Assembly: GCA_017962745.1 (NCBI GenBank)
Contig: JAGCUR010000005.1
Coordinates: forward strand, 7,193 to 71,192
Direction of reading: 5' to 3'
Length of the DNA stretch: 64,000 nucleotides
DNA from: Bacilli bacterium
GTDB taxonomy: Bacteria > Bacillota_I > Bacilli_A > ML615J-28 > CAG-698
The notes beneath the pieces are model-generated. The model did no database searches, had not been told where the DNA came from, and worked only from the letters and a program-made list of their open reading frames with translations. The translations under genes and the position numbers were made by a program. Position 1 is the stretch's first letter; each line of letters begins with the position of its first letter. Positions 10,557 through 24,806 of this stretch are shown piece after piece.

Positions 10557-11138
10557 TTACTTTTTATTTTTAACTTTTTTGTGTCGATAATAAAAATCAA
10601 CACTGTATTTTTTAATAAATTCTCTAACAATTAATAAAATTGCACAGACGATTAAATATCTACCAATTGAAATTGGCGTAACTATAAAAGGTATAAAGAT
10701 ACATACAAATAATGCTACTAGTGGCGGTACTACCATCACTAGCCCAAATGTTTGAATGAATGTCTTTTTAAAAATTACTAAGAATACATTTCTTAATACT
10801 AATTCAATAGCACTAAACATTAGGCTATAGAATAATAAATCATACCATTTACCTTCACACCAACTAATATATCCACTTAAGCCAATAAATAGTAAGGCTG
10901 TAGATATAATGTAATATAAAGATTCGATTAAAATCGTTAAGAAGTTACGCTTCGGTGCTTTTATGGAAATGACACGAATTTGATTTTTATCAACACCCAT
11001 TTGTTGACTTAAGTCATCAAGCATTTGTTGCATCTCTTTTTCCACATCTTCTGCAGTCTTCTTTTTTGGTTTATCTTCTTTCTCTTTAGTCTCTTCTTTT
11101 TTATCTTTTGGTTCTAATTCGTTTTTATTATCTTCCAT
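10557..11138 (-). CDS. Hypothetical membrane protein (charged N-terminal 60 aa, then 3-4 TM helices)
   Basis: ORF with a K/E/D-rich N-terminus followed by hydrophobic helices. No recognisable family. Confidence 0.5.
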   Translation of the reverse strand: MEDNKNELEPKDKKEETKEKEDKPKKKTAEDVEKEMQQMLDDLSQQMGVDKNQIRVISIKAPKRNFLTILIESLYYIISTALLFIGLSGYISWCEGKWYDLLFYSLMFSAIELVLRNVFLVIFKKTFIQTFGLVMVVPPLVALFVCIFIPFIVTPISIGRYLIVCAILLIVREFIKKYSVDFYYRHKKVKNKK

Positions 11139-11147
11139 TTTTCTACC

Positions 11148-13961
11148 TTAAAGGCATTTTTTCACATATTGTCCTGTGTATGACTCTTCACATTTAGCAA
11201 TATCTTCTACGCTACCTTCAAAGACGATTTCCCCACCTGCATTACCACCTTCAGGTCCTAAATCAATAATATGGTCAGCTTGTTTAATAACATCTAAGTT
11301 ATGTTCAATAATTATAACTGTTGCCCCTTGGTCAACGATATAATTAAGAACACTTAATAGTCTACCAATATCATCAGTATGTAAACCTGTAGTTGGTTCA
11401 TCTAGAACATATACTGCCCCTGGTGTAATAGTCTTATAAAGCTCACTAGCTAGTTTAACCCTTTGGGCTTCTCCACCTGATAAAGTAGTTGCCATTTGTC
11501 CTAGCTTAATATAGCCAAGACCTACATTATATAAAGTATCTAGCTTAGTTTTTATATTTTTAATGTTAGCAAAGAATTCTCTTGCTTCTTCAATTGTCAT
11601 CTCGAGAACATCATAAATGCTCTTTCCTTTGTATTTTACTTCTAATGTTTCACGGTTATATCTAGTTCCATGACATTCTTCACATGGAATATAAACATTA
11701 GGTAAGAAATTCATTTCGATGCAAACAACACCATCACCTTGACATTTTTCGCATCTTCCACCCTTTACATTAAATGAAAAGCGTCCTTTACTATAACCAC
11801 GTTTCTTTGCTTCAATCGTCTCCGCAAACAAATCTCTGATGTGATCAAACACACCAGTATAAGTTGCAGGGTTAGATCGTGGTGTTCTACCAATCGGTGA
11901 TTGGTCGATAACTACCACTTTATCGACGTTTTCGATTCCTTCGATTGCATCGCATAAACCTGGTTTTACTTTTGTCTTATAAAGTTGTCTTTGTAAAGAC
12001 TTAACTAATATTTCGTTAACTAAACTACTTTTACCCGATCCACTGACACCGGTTACTAATACCATTTCTCCTAAAGGAATTGAAACATCAATATTCTTTA
12101 AGTTGTTTTGTTTAGCACCGATTATCTTTAAATATTTACCATTACCGCTACGCCTTTTAATAGGTACGCCAATCTTAGCGTCTCCTCTTAAATACTTAGC
12201 AGTAATGCTACCAGCAACCTGGCTTACTTCTTCTGGTGTACCAACGGCTACAACTTCGCCACCATGTACCCCTGCTCCTGGGCCGATATCCACTAAATAA
12301 TCGCTTTGACGCATAATCTCTTCATCATGTTCAACAACAATTACCGTATTACCTAAATCACGCATTTCTTTTAATGCGTTGATTAATCTTTGGTTATCTC
12401 TTTGGTGCAAACCAATTGATGGTTCATCAAGGACATATAAAACGCCTGATAGTTTTGACCCAATTTGAGTAGCTAGCCTAATACGTTGCGCTTCACCACC
12501 TGATAAAGTGGCAGAAGCACGATCAAGTGTTAGGTAATCTAAGCCTACTTCTTTTAAGAATGATAATCTATTTTTAATTTCTTTAAGCGCTAAATGGGCA
12601 ATCAATTTATCGTTCTCATCAAGTTCTAAGTTATCGATGAAACTAATTGCTTCCTCAATTGTCATCTTTGAGAATTCATAAATATTAATTCCCCCAACTA
12701 GGACACTTAGTGCTTGTTCAGATAATCTTTTACCACCACACTTAGGACAAGTGTGTTCAGCTAAATAACTACCGTAATATTCTCTACCAAAACTAGAATT
12801 AGTTTCGTGATATCTTCTCTCAATTAAAGATGCAATACCTTCAATCTTTTGTGTCTGTCTAAAAGTATTGAAGTTAACAGTAGTCATCTCATAAGTAATT
12901 GGCTCTTTTGCTCCAAATAAAATAATATCTTTTGCTTCATCAGATAAATCTTTATAAGGAGTGTCTAAGCTAATCCCATAATGATTACAAAGAATTGAAA
13001 ACTTTTGCCATTCAATATTTTTCGTATCTACAATATTCTTTAAATATCTAATAGCCCCTTCTCTAATCGATTTTTCAGGATCAGTAATTAATAAATCATA
13101 ATCGATTGATTCAATAACCCCAAGTCCATGACATTCATCACATGCTCCAAATGGAGAATTGAATGAAAATAGTCTTGGTTCTAATTTAGCGATTGAAAAA
13201 TCGCAATAAGGACAAGAATGTTTTTCACTAAATACTAATTCTTTATCATCAAAACTAACGATGATTTTTCCATCAGCTAGTTTTAGTGCAGTTTCTAGTG
13301 AAGAATACAGTCTAGATCTAATATCATCTTTTACTTTAATTCTATCTACTACTGCTTCAATTGTATGTTTTACATTTTTATCAAGTTCTGGAACTTCTTC
13401 AATTTCATACATAACTTGGTCTACTCTAACTCTTGTATAACCTTGTTTTAATAAAAGTTCTAAAACTTTTTCATGTCTACCTTTTTCCCCAACCGCAACA
13501 GGCGCATAAATTACTACCTTTGTATCAGCAGGATAAGCTAAAACTCGATTACACATTTGTTCCACAGTTTGTGCTTCAATTAGCACATGATGATGTGGAC
13601 AATATGCTTTACCAATTCTTGCATATAATAATCTTAAATAATCATATACTTCAGTAACCGTACCAACTGTAGATCTAGGGTTTTTACTAGTAGTCTTTTG
13701 GTCGATTGATATTGAAGGTGACAAACCTTCAATTGAATCTACATCTGGTTTATTAACTCCCCCTAAAAACTGTCTAGCATAAGCCGATAAGCTCTCTACA
13801 TATCTTCTTTGACCTTCAGCGTAAATCGTATCAAACGCTAGCGAAGTCTTTCCTGATCCCGATAAGCCAGTCATGACAATAAGTTTATCTTTAGGAATTC
13901 TTAAAGATATGTTTTTTAAATTGTTTTCTCTTGCCCCTTTAATCTCAATAAACCTTTGCAT
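11148..13961 (-). CDS. uvrA: Excinuclease ABC subunit A
   Basis: 937 aa; two ABC ATPase modules (GLSGSGKTSL and GVSGSGKSSL), zinc-finger Cys pairs, LSGGEAQR signatures. Confidence 0.95.
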   Translation of the reverse strand: MQRFIEIKGARENNLKNISLRIPKDKLIVMTGLSGSGKTSLAFDTIYAEGQRRYVESLSAYARQFLGGVNKPDVDSIEGLSPSISIDQKTTSKNPRSTVGTVTEVYDYLRLLYARIGKAYCPHHHVLIEAQTVEQMCNRVLAYPADTKVVIYAPVAVGEKGRHEKVLELLLKQGYTRVRVDQVMYEIEEVPELDKNVKHTIEAVVDRIKVKDDIRSRLYSSLETALKLADGKIIVSFDDKELVFSEKHSCPYCDFSIAKLEPRLFSFNSPFGACDECHGLGVIESIDYDLLITDPEKSIREGAIRYLKNIVDTKNIEWQKFSILCNHYGISLDTPYKDLSDEAKDIILFGAKEPITYEMTTVNFNTFRQTQKIEGIASLIERRYHETNSSFGREYYGSYLAEHTCPKCGGKRLSEQALSVLVGGINIYEFSKMTIEEAISFIDNLELDENDKLIAHLALKEIKNRLSFLKEVGLDYLTLDRASATLSGGEAQRIRLATQIGSKLSGVLYVLDEPSIGLHQRDNQRLINALKEMRDLGNTVIVVEHDEEIMRQSDYLVDIGPGAGVHGGEVVAVGTPEEVSQVAGSITAKYLRGDAKIGVPIKRRSGNGKYLKIIGAKQNNLKNIDVSIPLGEMVLVTGVSGSGKSSLVNEILVKSLQRQLYKTKVKPGLCDAIEGIENVDKVVVIDQSPIGRTPRSNPATYTGVFDHIRDLFAETIEAKKRGYSKGRFSFNVKGGRCEKCQGDGVVCIEMNFLPNVYIPCEECHGTRYNRETLEVKYKGKSIYDVLEMTIEEAREFFANIKNIKTKLDTLYNVGLGYIKLGQMATTLSGGEAQRVKLASELYKTITPGAVYVLDEPTTGLHTDDIGRLLSVLNYIVDQGATVIIIEHNLDVIKQADHIIDLGPEGGNAGGEIVFEGSVEDIAKCEESYTGQYVKKCL

Positions 13962-13978
13962 GTGGCCCTCCTTTCTAT

Positions 13979-18066
<4,088 letters not shown>

Positions 18067-18086
18067 TTTGGTCCTCCTTTTATATT

Positions 18087-19721
18087 TTAATTTGGTTTAA
18101 AATTTGATTTTAAAGATACAGTGCAGTTGAATACTAAATTATCATCAGTTGTATCTTCATCAACTCGGTAATATCCATCACGGATGAATTGATACATATT
18201 ACCAATCTTGTATTCATTAGCACCTTCAACGTAACCATCTAATACTTCCCAAGAATTAGGGTTAACGCATTCAGTAATATCTTTTTCTTCATCTGGAATA
18301 ATTAAGACATCGAATTTGTTGAACTTAGCAGCCTTAGCAGTCGTTGCTTCCACAAATCCAATTGTTCCATTAGGCTTTCTTTCATTAAATCCAGATCCAG
18401 ATAAAGTAGCAGGATCGTAAGTTGCATGAACGCAAGCAATATTACCATCTTTATCATAATCTACATCGTTAGCTTTAATAAAGTAAGCATGGAATAATCT
18501 AACTTCTAAACCTAAAGCCAAACGTTTATATTGTCTATTAGGTTTTTCTAAACAGAAGTCATCTTGTTCAATATATAAATATTTTGAAAAAGCAATCTTT
18601 CTTTCGCCTAATGCTTCATTTTCTTGGTTATTAGATGCTACTAAATATTCAATTTTTCCTTCTGGATAATTATCAATTACGACCTTTAGTGGTTTAGTAA
18701 CAGCCATAATGCGGTTAACTTTAAGTTTTAAATCTTCTCTTACGAAATGATCTAACATACCATCATCAACTGTAGAGTTAATGCGTGATAAGCCCGCTGC
18801 TAAAATGAATTCTTTAATTGCTTCTGGACTTACACCACGTCTTCTTAAACCTGCTAGTGTTGGCATACGTGGATCATCATATCCTTTAACTTTGCCACTA
18901 TCTACAAGCGCCTTTAAGTATCTTTTACTCATTACCGTATTTGGAATATTTAAGCGACCAAATTCGATTTGTTCCGGAACATGTTCCATTTCGCATTCTC
19001 TAACTACCCAATCATATAATGGACGGTGATCTACATACTCTAAACTACAAAGAGAATGTGTAATACCTTCAATTGAATCTTGCAAAGGATGCGCAAAATC
19101 ATACATTGGATAAATGCACCATTTATTACCTTGACGGTGATGATTGATATGAATGATTCGATATAATACAGGATCACGCATATTGATGTTAGGTGAAGCC
19201 ATATCAATCTTCGCACGTAATGTTTTTTCCCCATCTTTATAAAGACCATTTTTCATGTTCTCAAATAGTTCTAAGTTTTCTTCTACGCTTCTATTTCGAT
19301 ATGGTGATTCAATTCCAGGAGTAGATAAGCTACCACGGTATTTATTAACTTCTTCGGCACTTAAATCACAAACATAAGCTAAACCTTTACGGATTAGCTT
19401 TTTAGCTAATTCGTATTGTGCTTCAAAATAATCAGAACCAAAGAATACATTAGCTGGATCATATCCTAACCATTTAATATCATTCTTGATCGCCTCTACA
19501 AAACTAGCATCTTCTTTAACGGGGTTTGTATCATCAAATCTAAGATTTGTTTTACCATTAAAGCACTTAGCTAATTCAAAATTAGTAACTAGCGCTCTAG
19601 CATGTCCGATATGTAAATAAGCATTTGGTTCAGGTGGAAATCGTGTAACGATTTCACTAACCTTACCACTTGCTAAATCCATTTCCATTTTTGTTTTAAT
19701 AAAATTGGTAATTTCTGCCAT
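18087..19721 (-). CDS. glnS: Glutaminyl-tRNA synthetase
   Basis: RFPPEPNAYLHIGHA, NLRFDDTNP, RAKIDMASPNI, NKWCIYPMYDF, ITHSLC and VMSKR closely follow E. coli GlnRS motifs. Confidence 0.85.
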   Translation of the reverse strand: MAEITNFIKTKMEMDLASGKVSEIVTRFPPEPNAYLHIGHARALVTNFELAKCFNGKTNLRFDDTNPVKEDASFVEAIKNDIKWLGYDPANVFFGSDYFEAQYELAKKLIRKGLAYVCDLSAEEVNKYRGSLSTPGIESPYRNRSVEENLELFENMKNGLYKDGEKTLRAKIDMASPNINMRDPVLYRIIHINHHRQGNKWCIYPMYDFAHPLQDSIEGITHSLCSLEYVDHRPLYDWVVRECEMEHVPEQIEFGRLNIPNTVMSKRYLKALVDSGKVKGYDDPRMPTLAGLRRRGVSPEAIKEFILAAGLSRINSTVDDGMLDHFVREDLKLKVNRIMAVTKPLKVVIDNYPEGKIEYLVASNNQENEALGERKIAFSKYLYIEQDDFCLEKPNRQYKRLALGLEVRLFHAYFIKANDVDYDKDGNIACVHATYDPATLSGSGFNERKPNGTIGFVEATTAKAAKFNKFDVLIIPDEEKDITECVNPNSWEVLDGYVEGANEYKIGNMYQFIRDGYYRVDEDTTDDNLVFNCTVSLKSNFKPN

Positions 19722-19725
19722 CTTC

Positions 19726-20385
19726 TTACCTCTTAATAACTTCTAATTCGCTGATATTTTTCGCATTTGCATACTTTTTAAAAATATCGATTGTTTCTTT
19801 TTTATCTTTATCGATTTCAGATTCTGAAAAGCAAATAACAAATACTAATATTTTTTTAGTAGTAGGCCTAATCATTGTCCTTGCCGTATCGGATGTGGTA
19901 GAACCAAATGGTCCAACTTCGTCCACATACACCGGAATATTAGAGACATTGATTTGCCCTCTACCAATGCCAAAATATAAGTCACTTTCTTTACCTAATC
20001 TAATATGCACATCTCCTACTATTTTTTCATAGTCTAAAATAGCAGTCGATCTTGCTAACTTAATCGATAAGATATTACCAGCATCAACTAAATTGTTGAT
20101 GCGGTAAAGGCCATATCCTTTAACAAGTCTTCGGTATAAAGATTCTACAGCTAGACGGTACCTACTAGGATCTTTACCTAAAGCTTTATAAGAATCTCTT
20201 GCCTCTTTGATAAGAGGAATATTCAACACCTCTTCTAGTGAATACTCCTCTTTAATCATTGATTCATATTTTTTAATCTCATCTTCAATAATGCTACTAT
20301 CTTTTAGCTCTACATCCATAGAGTAAGCTAAAACATTAAATGAAGGTAATTTATTTAATATTTCTCTTTCAATTTCAATAATCAT
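19726..20385 (-). CDS. B3/4 domain protein (PheT B3/B4-like tRNA-binding domain, standalone)
   Basis: INNLVDAGN..ILDYEKI.GDVHIRLGKE..YFGIGRGQINVSN..VYVDE matches the B3/4 domain core; 219 aa. Confidence 0.6.
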   Translation of the reverse strand: MIIEIEREILNKLPSFNVLAYSMDVELKDSSIIEDEIKKYESMIKEEYSLEEVLNIPLIKEARDSYKALGKDPSRYRLAVESLYRRLVKGYGLYRINNLVDAGNILSIKLARSTAILDYEKIVGDVHIRLGKESDLYFGIGRGQINVSNIPVYVDEVGPFGSTTSDTARTMIRPTTKKILVFVICFSESEIDKDKKETIDIFKKYANAKNISELEVIKR

Positions 20386-20387
20386 TT

Positions 20388-23300
20388 TTATTTATTCTTT
20401 TTATCTCTTTTAGCTTGATATTTCTTAATCAAATTACCAGCTTCTTCAATCTTATCTACAAGCTTTAAATACTCTTTAACGCGTTTATCTTTGCTAGCTT
20501 CATTAACTTGCTTCTTAGCATAATCGCGATTATTCTTTAAGTTATCGCCTTTTGCTTTCAAATCATTAATTTGATTTTTCAAATTCGCGATTTCATTAGT
20601 ATCATTGCTTGCTTTCAATACTTCATTTAATCCCGCAATCTTTTCATTGTTTTCAGCGATTGCTAAATCGAATGATAAGTATTGTTCTTTTAACTTCTTA
20701 TATTCTCTAACAGAAGCTATATCGTTACTATAAGTCTTTTCTGCTTGACAGAATGATTCATATTTCTTATGAAGTTCAACCTCTTTAGGACTAATCTTAC
20801 TTTCTTTAAGTTCGATTTCTTCTTCCTTTTCTGGTGCTACTTCTTTTTTAACTTCTAAATCTTCATAAACATTATTATTTAGAGCTTCTTTAACTTCCTC
20901 TTTATCAACTGGACTTATAGTATCTTTACCACTAACTACTTCACCTTTATCGTTTACTCTAATATCAGTGATATCATCTTCAGCGATTAGTTTTCTTGGT
21001 TGACGAGATACTTGTGAATCTAAGAATTCACGATATTTACGTTCTCTAATCTCATCTTGGCTTTCAATAATACGTGGTTCGTCATCTTTAACAACATTAG
21101 CTTCTTCAAACTTCTTATTAAGTTCTGCTTCACGGGCAAGCTTAGATTGTTCCTTAGCTTGTTTGTTAAGATAAGTTTCTTTTAAAGCTTTCTCTTCTTC
21201 TTCAAGTCTTAGAAGTTGATCTTCAATACCTTTAATAATATTTTGATATCTTAGATTAATCTTACGAACATCATCATCGCTTAATTTATTTAATTGACTT
21301 TGACGAGTAGTTAATTCAAAGAACACTTTTTGTTTTTCAACTTCAAATTTTTCTAAGGCTTCTTCGCTATGATCTTCCCCATTTTGATAATCAGCACTAA
21401 TCTCTTCAATTCTAGCTTTTAATTCTTCAATCTTTTTCGCATATTCTTTTTGAAGAGCATCATTATTGCTTAACTCAATCTTATGGTTAGCGTTCTCTAC
21501 AACTTTTCTTTCCTCTAATGATTTACGCGTACGACGAATATTATTAAGTTTATTTAAATATTCGCTATCAAAAGTAATAACTACTTGTGGTTCATCGCTT
21601 GCTTCAATTAGTGGAGTTTGTCTAGCTTCTAGTGGAGCTAACTCTTCAAATTCAGCTACTTTTTCTTCATAAGAATCATAAATTGGGGCTTCCGTACTTA
21701 CAATATCACCATCTGGAGTACTTGCAACTTCTTCTCCACTTACTAAATCTTTCTTAACTTCAGCAGGAGCATCTAAGTTAACTACTACCGCATCTTCGCT
21801 AACTGGAGTTACAACTGGACTAACTACATTACCTTTCTTAATGTCTTCAACAGCTGAATCAAGGTTAGCATCTAACTCTTTAATTGATTTAGCATATACA
21901 TCATCAAGCATTTCTTTTTTAGCCTTGATTGTATCTTGAAGTTCAGCACCAGCATATTTAGTAGCGATATTTAATTTATCGTTTTCATTAGCATAAACAA
22001 ATTCATTTTGTTTCTTAGCAGCTTTATAAGCATCAAGTAAACTTGCTAAATTATTAAAGCCTTTTAATTCATTAGCTTTAAATATATCTTTAAGTTTAGA
22101 TGCATATTCTTCTAATTCAGAATAGTTAATATTGCTGCTTTGAGTTTCTTGCTTTTTAGCTAATGCTTCATTTAAATCTTTGATTTGTGCTTCTAAAGCT
22201 TCAATCTTAGCATTTAATGCATCGCTTTCTTGCTTTCTTTCTTTTTGTAAACCAGCAATAACTTGATCACGTTTAGCAATTTCACGATCATGATCTTCTC
22301 TAACCATGTTATCGTATGGATCATTATATCCATAGAATGGACCTTGATATGGCACACGTGGTCCAAACATATCTCTTCTAGATAAGTCTTGAACTAAATC
22401 AGCAATCTTATCGATTTGTTGATCACGTTTGCTTTCTTTAATTGAATCTTCTAAACGCTTAATCTCTAATTCTTTTTCTTTCAAAGCTTCATATAATTCT
22501 TGTTCAGCTTCTAAATGCGCATTCTTTTCATTTTCTAAAGCTTCACGATAATTTTCAATTACTAAAGCTGTATTAGCAATGCTAGTTTCATTTTCTTCTA
22601 CACCTTTAATCATTTCATCAAGTTGTTTACCGATTGCTTCACTTTGTTTAGCATAAGCTGCTTTTTCAATTTCTAATTGTTCTTTTAGCTTATCTACTTC
22701 ATTAGCTAATCTTACAACTTCTAATTCTTTAGCTTTGAGTTGTTCTCTTAAGTCTTCATCACTAGATAAATCTGGATTATCATTAGTTAAGTTTCTAACT
22801 TTTTCACTTAAGCGAGCGATTTCTTCATTTAATGAATTATTTAATTCATTTAAACTATTAATGCTTACATTAGCTTCTGCAAGTTTACGGTCTAAATCAA
22901 TGTTATTAGCAGTTAGATCACGATTTTGCGCATTAGCTTCTTTTAGCTTAGCTTCTAATTCTTTAACATCTTCTGCAAGTCCAGCATATTTCTTAGCTTC
23001 ATCTTCTCTAATTTCTGCTTCTTTAATAACATTTTCTTTCTTGTATTTAGCTAACTCATCTTTAGCTTCTTTAATAGCTTCATTAGCTTTTGCATCAATT
23101 TCTTGTTTGTATAAGTTAAGGTATGATTCTTGTAATTCTACTTCTTTCTTACCTTTTTCTAACTCTCTATTCTTTTCTACAAGCTTGCTTCTTTCTTCTT
23201 CAACTTCACTTAAAACATCTGCATCCTTAACATTTCTTTCCTTAGCATTAGTTAAGTCATTCTTTAATAATTCAATTTCTTTATTAGCAAGTTCTAATTT

Positions 23301-24806
23301 CTTTTCATAATCAGCTTTTAAGTTATCATTTTCAGTTTGCTTGCTTAAAAGAGAATTATTGGCTTTAGTAAGTTGCATCTTAGCAGTAGTTAATTCTTTA
23401 CTAGCTTGATCAACTTCTTTTTGCTTATCCTTTAATTCTTTCGCATGTTCTTTTTGAATTGCTTTAACTTTCGCATTAAATTCTTTATTTAAGTTTGCTT
23501 CAATCTTAGAAGTATCGACACTGCTTGCATTCTTTAATTCATTTGCTTCCTTTGATAATCTTTCAACTTCTGAATCAAATCTATTTTGTAAAGCCTCATA
23601 TTCTTCATCTTTAGCTTTCAATGCTTCGTTATATTTTTCATTAACGCCTTCTTCTAATTTAGCGTTTTCTTCTTTTAGACGCGCATTTTCTTCTAAAGCT
23701 AAAGCTTCTTTAGCTTCAAGTTCTTTAACTTTAGCTTCAAGATTAGCAATTTCTTCTCTAAGCTTAGCAAGGTTAGCATCTTCAATTTCTACTGGTTCTT
23801 CTTTAACTTCAGCTTGAACCTTAGCTAACTTATCTTTTAAGTTCTTATTCTTAGCTTCAAGTTCTTTAAGATTCTCTTTAACTTGATCATCTTTAGCCAT
23901 CTTGCCATCCATGATTCTTTGTTCTAAATCTTTTTTAGCGGCAATTTGTTCACGAAGACGTTGTAAGCTTTCGCTAACATTTTCATCTTTTTTAGCTGGG
24001 CCTTCTTTTTTAACACCAGTTTTCTTTGGTCCTAACTTTTCAAGACTTGTATCAGGAGTAGTCTTTTTAGCTACTTTGATATCATCGCTAGCTTCATTTT
24101 CTTGATTCTTAGAAGCATTTTCTAAGCTAGCCAGTTTATCTTCAGCTGCTTTACGAGCTATTGCTCTAGCTTCAGCTTTTTCTTTTTCACGCTTAATTAA
24201 AGCTTCTAAGCGCGCTTTTTCTTTTTCTTTCTCTTTAGCTTCTTTAATTGCTTGTTTAGCTTTTTCTTTAGCTTTAGCTTGTTTAATTGCTTGTTTTTCT
24301 TTTTCTTTAGCTTTTGCTTTCTTTACAGCTTCTTTTCTTTTAGCTGCTTCTTTAGCTTTAGCTTGTTTTTCTTTTTCTTTCTTAGCTTGCTTTTGCGCTT
24401 CTGTTAATGGTTTCTTTGTAGAAGCTTTTTTAGCTGCTGGCTTTTTAGCAGCTGGTTTTTTTGCTGGAGCCTTGGCAGCTGGCTTTTTAGCAGGTGCTGC
24501 TTTCTTTTCTTCTTTTGGAGTAGCATCTTCTACCTTTGCTTCTTCAGCTTTTGGTTCTTCAGCTTTTGGTTCTTCAGCTTTTACTTCTTCTACTTTTTCT
24601 TCTTGTTTTACATCTTCATGAAGCGGTTCGCTTGGCGAAGAGTCTTTGTTTTCGTTTGCTTTTTCGTTGATTGCGTTTTCGATAATGGCGCTATCGTCAT
24701 CTAGCAAACTCTTTTTCATATCCGCTAATTCTTTTTCGATTGAAAATTCTTCATCGTGTTTATTTGCGTTTTTTTGTTTATTTTCCATTCTAAATTCCTC
24801 CGCCAA
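20388..24806 (-). CDS. Giant coiled-coil protein with N-terminal Lys/Ala/Pro-rich (histone H1 / AKP-repeat-like) tail; function unknown
   Basis: 1472 aa; N-terminal PKAEE x3, AKKPAAK repeats and KAKEKEK runs; then more than 1000 aa of heptad-rich E/K/L sequence; no TM and no Walker motifs (not SMC). Confidence 0.8.
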   Translation of the reverse strand: MAEEFRMENKQKNANKHDEEFSIEKELADMKKSLLDDDSAIIENAINEKANENKDSSPSEPLHEDVKQEEKVEEVKAEEPKAEEPKAEEAKVEDATPKEEKKAAPAKKPAAKAPAKKPAAKKPAAKKASTKKPLTEAQKQAKKEKEKQAKAKEAAKRKEAVKKAKAKEKEKQAIKQAKAKEKAKQAIKEAKEKEKEKARLEALIKREKEKAEARAIARKAAEDKLASLENASKNQENEASDDIKVAKKTTPDTSLEKLGPKKTGVKKEGPAKKDENVSESLQRLREQIAAKKDLEQRIMDGKMAKDDQVKENLKELEAKNKNLKDKLAKVQAEVKEEPVEIEDANLAKLREEIANLEAKVKELEAKEALALEENARLKEENAKLEEGVNEKYNEALKAKDEEYEALQNRFDSEVERLSKEANELKNASSVDTSKIEANLNKEFNAKVKAIQKEHAKELKDKQKEVDQASKELTTAKMQLTKANNSLLSKQTENDNLKADYEKKLELANKEIELLKNDLTNAKERNVKDADVLSEVEEERSKLVEKNRELEKGKKEVELQESYLNLYKQEIDAKANEAIKEAKDELAKYKKENVIKEAEIREDEAKKYAGLAEDVKELEAKLKEANAQNRDLTANNIDLDRKLAEANVSINSLNELNNSLNEEIARLSEKVRNLTNDNPDLSSDEDLREQLKAKELEVVRLANEVDKLKEQLEIEKAAYAKQSEAIGKQLDEMIKGVEENETSIANTALVIENYREALENEKNAHLEAEQELYEALKEKELEIKRLEDSIKESKRDQQIDKIADLVQDLSRRDMFGPRVPYQGPFYGYNDPYDNMVREDHDREIAKRDQVIAGLQKERKQESDALNAKIEALEAQIKDLNEALAKKQETQSSNINYSELEEYASKLKDIFKANELKGFNNLASLLDAYKAAKKQNEFVYANENDKLNIATKYAGAELQDTIKAKKEMLDDVYAKSIKELDANLDSAVEDIKKGNVVSPVVTPVSEDAVVVNLDAPAEVKKDLVSGEEVASTPDGDIVSTEAPIYDSYEEKVAEFEELAPLEARQTPLIEASDEPQVVITFDSEYLNKLNNIRRTRKSLEERKVVENANHKIELSNNDALQKEYAKKIEELKARIEEISADYQNGEDHSEEALEKFEVEKQKVFFELTTRQSQLNKLSDDDVRKINLRYQNIIKGIEDQLLRLEEEEKALKETYLNKQAKEQSKLAREAELNKKFEEANVVKDDEPRIIESQDEIRERKYREFLDSQVSRQPRKLIAEDDITDIRVNDKGEVVSGKDTISPVDKEEVKEALNNNVYEDLEVKKEVAPEKEEEIELKESKISPKEVELHKKYESFCQAEKTYSNDIASVREYKKLKEQYLSFDLAIAENNEKIAGLNEVLKASNDTNEIANLKNQINDLKAKGDNLKNNRDYAKKQVNEASKDKRVKEYLKLVDKIEEAGNLIKKYQAKRDKKNK
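24420..24600. repeat. Short tandem in-frame repeats (15-bp PKAEE units and AKKPA units) inside the coiled-coil gene
   Basis: ttcagcttttggttc x3 and gctggctttttagcagctgg-type reiterations visible in the DNA. Confidence 0.7.

Noticed and set aside
22735-23310. 191-aa plus-strand ORF (S/L-rich) and other plus-strand ORFs at 21466-21672 and 23902-24105 inside the coiled-coil gene
   Set aside because: These are antisense read-throughs of the K/E/A-rich gene: GAA, AAA and GCT codons read backwards give Ser/Leu/Phe runs. They have no RBS and low-complexity composition.
20388-24806. Possibility that the 1472-aa coiled-coil protein is SMC
   Set aside because: It has no N-terminal Walker A (GPNGSGKSN-type), no C-terminal signature or Walker B, and no hinge; the N-terminus is a basic low-complexity tail instead.
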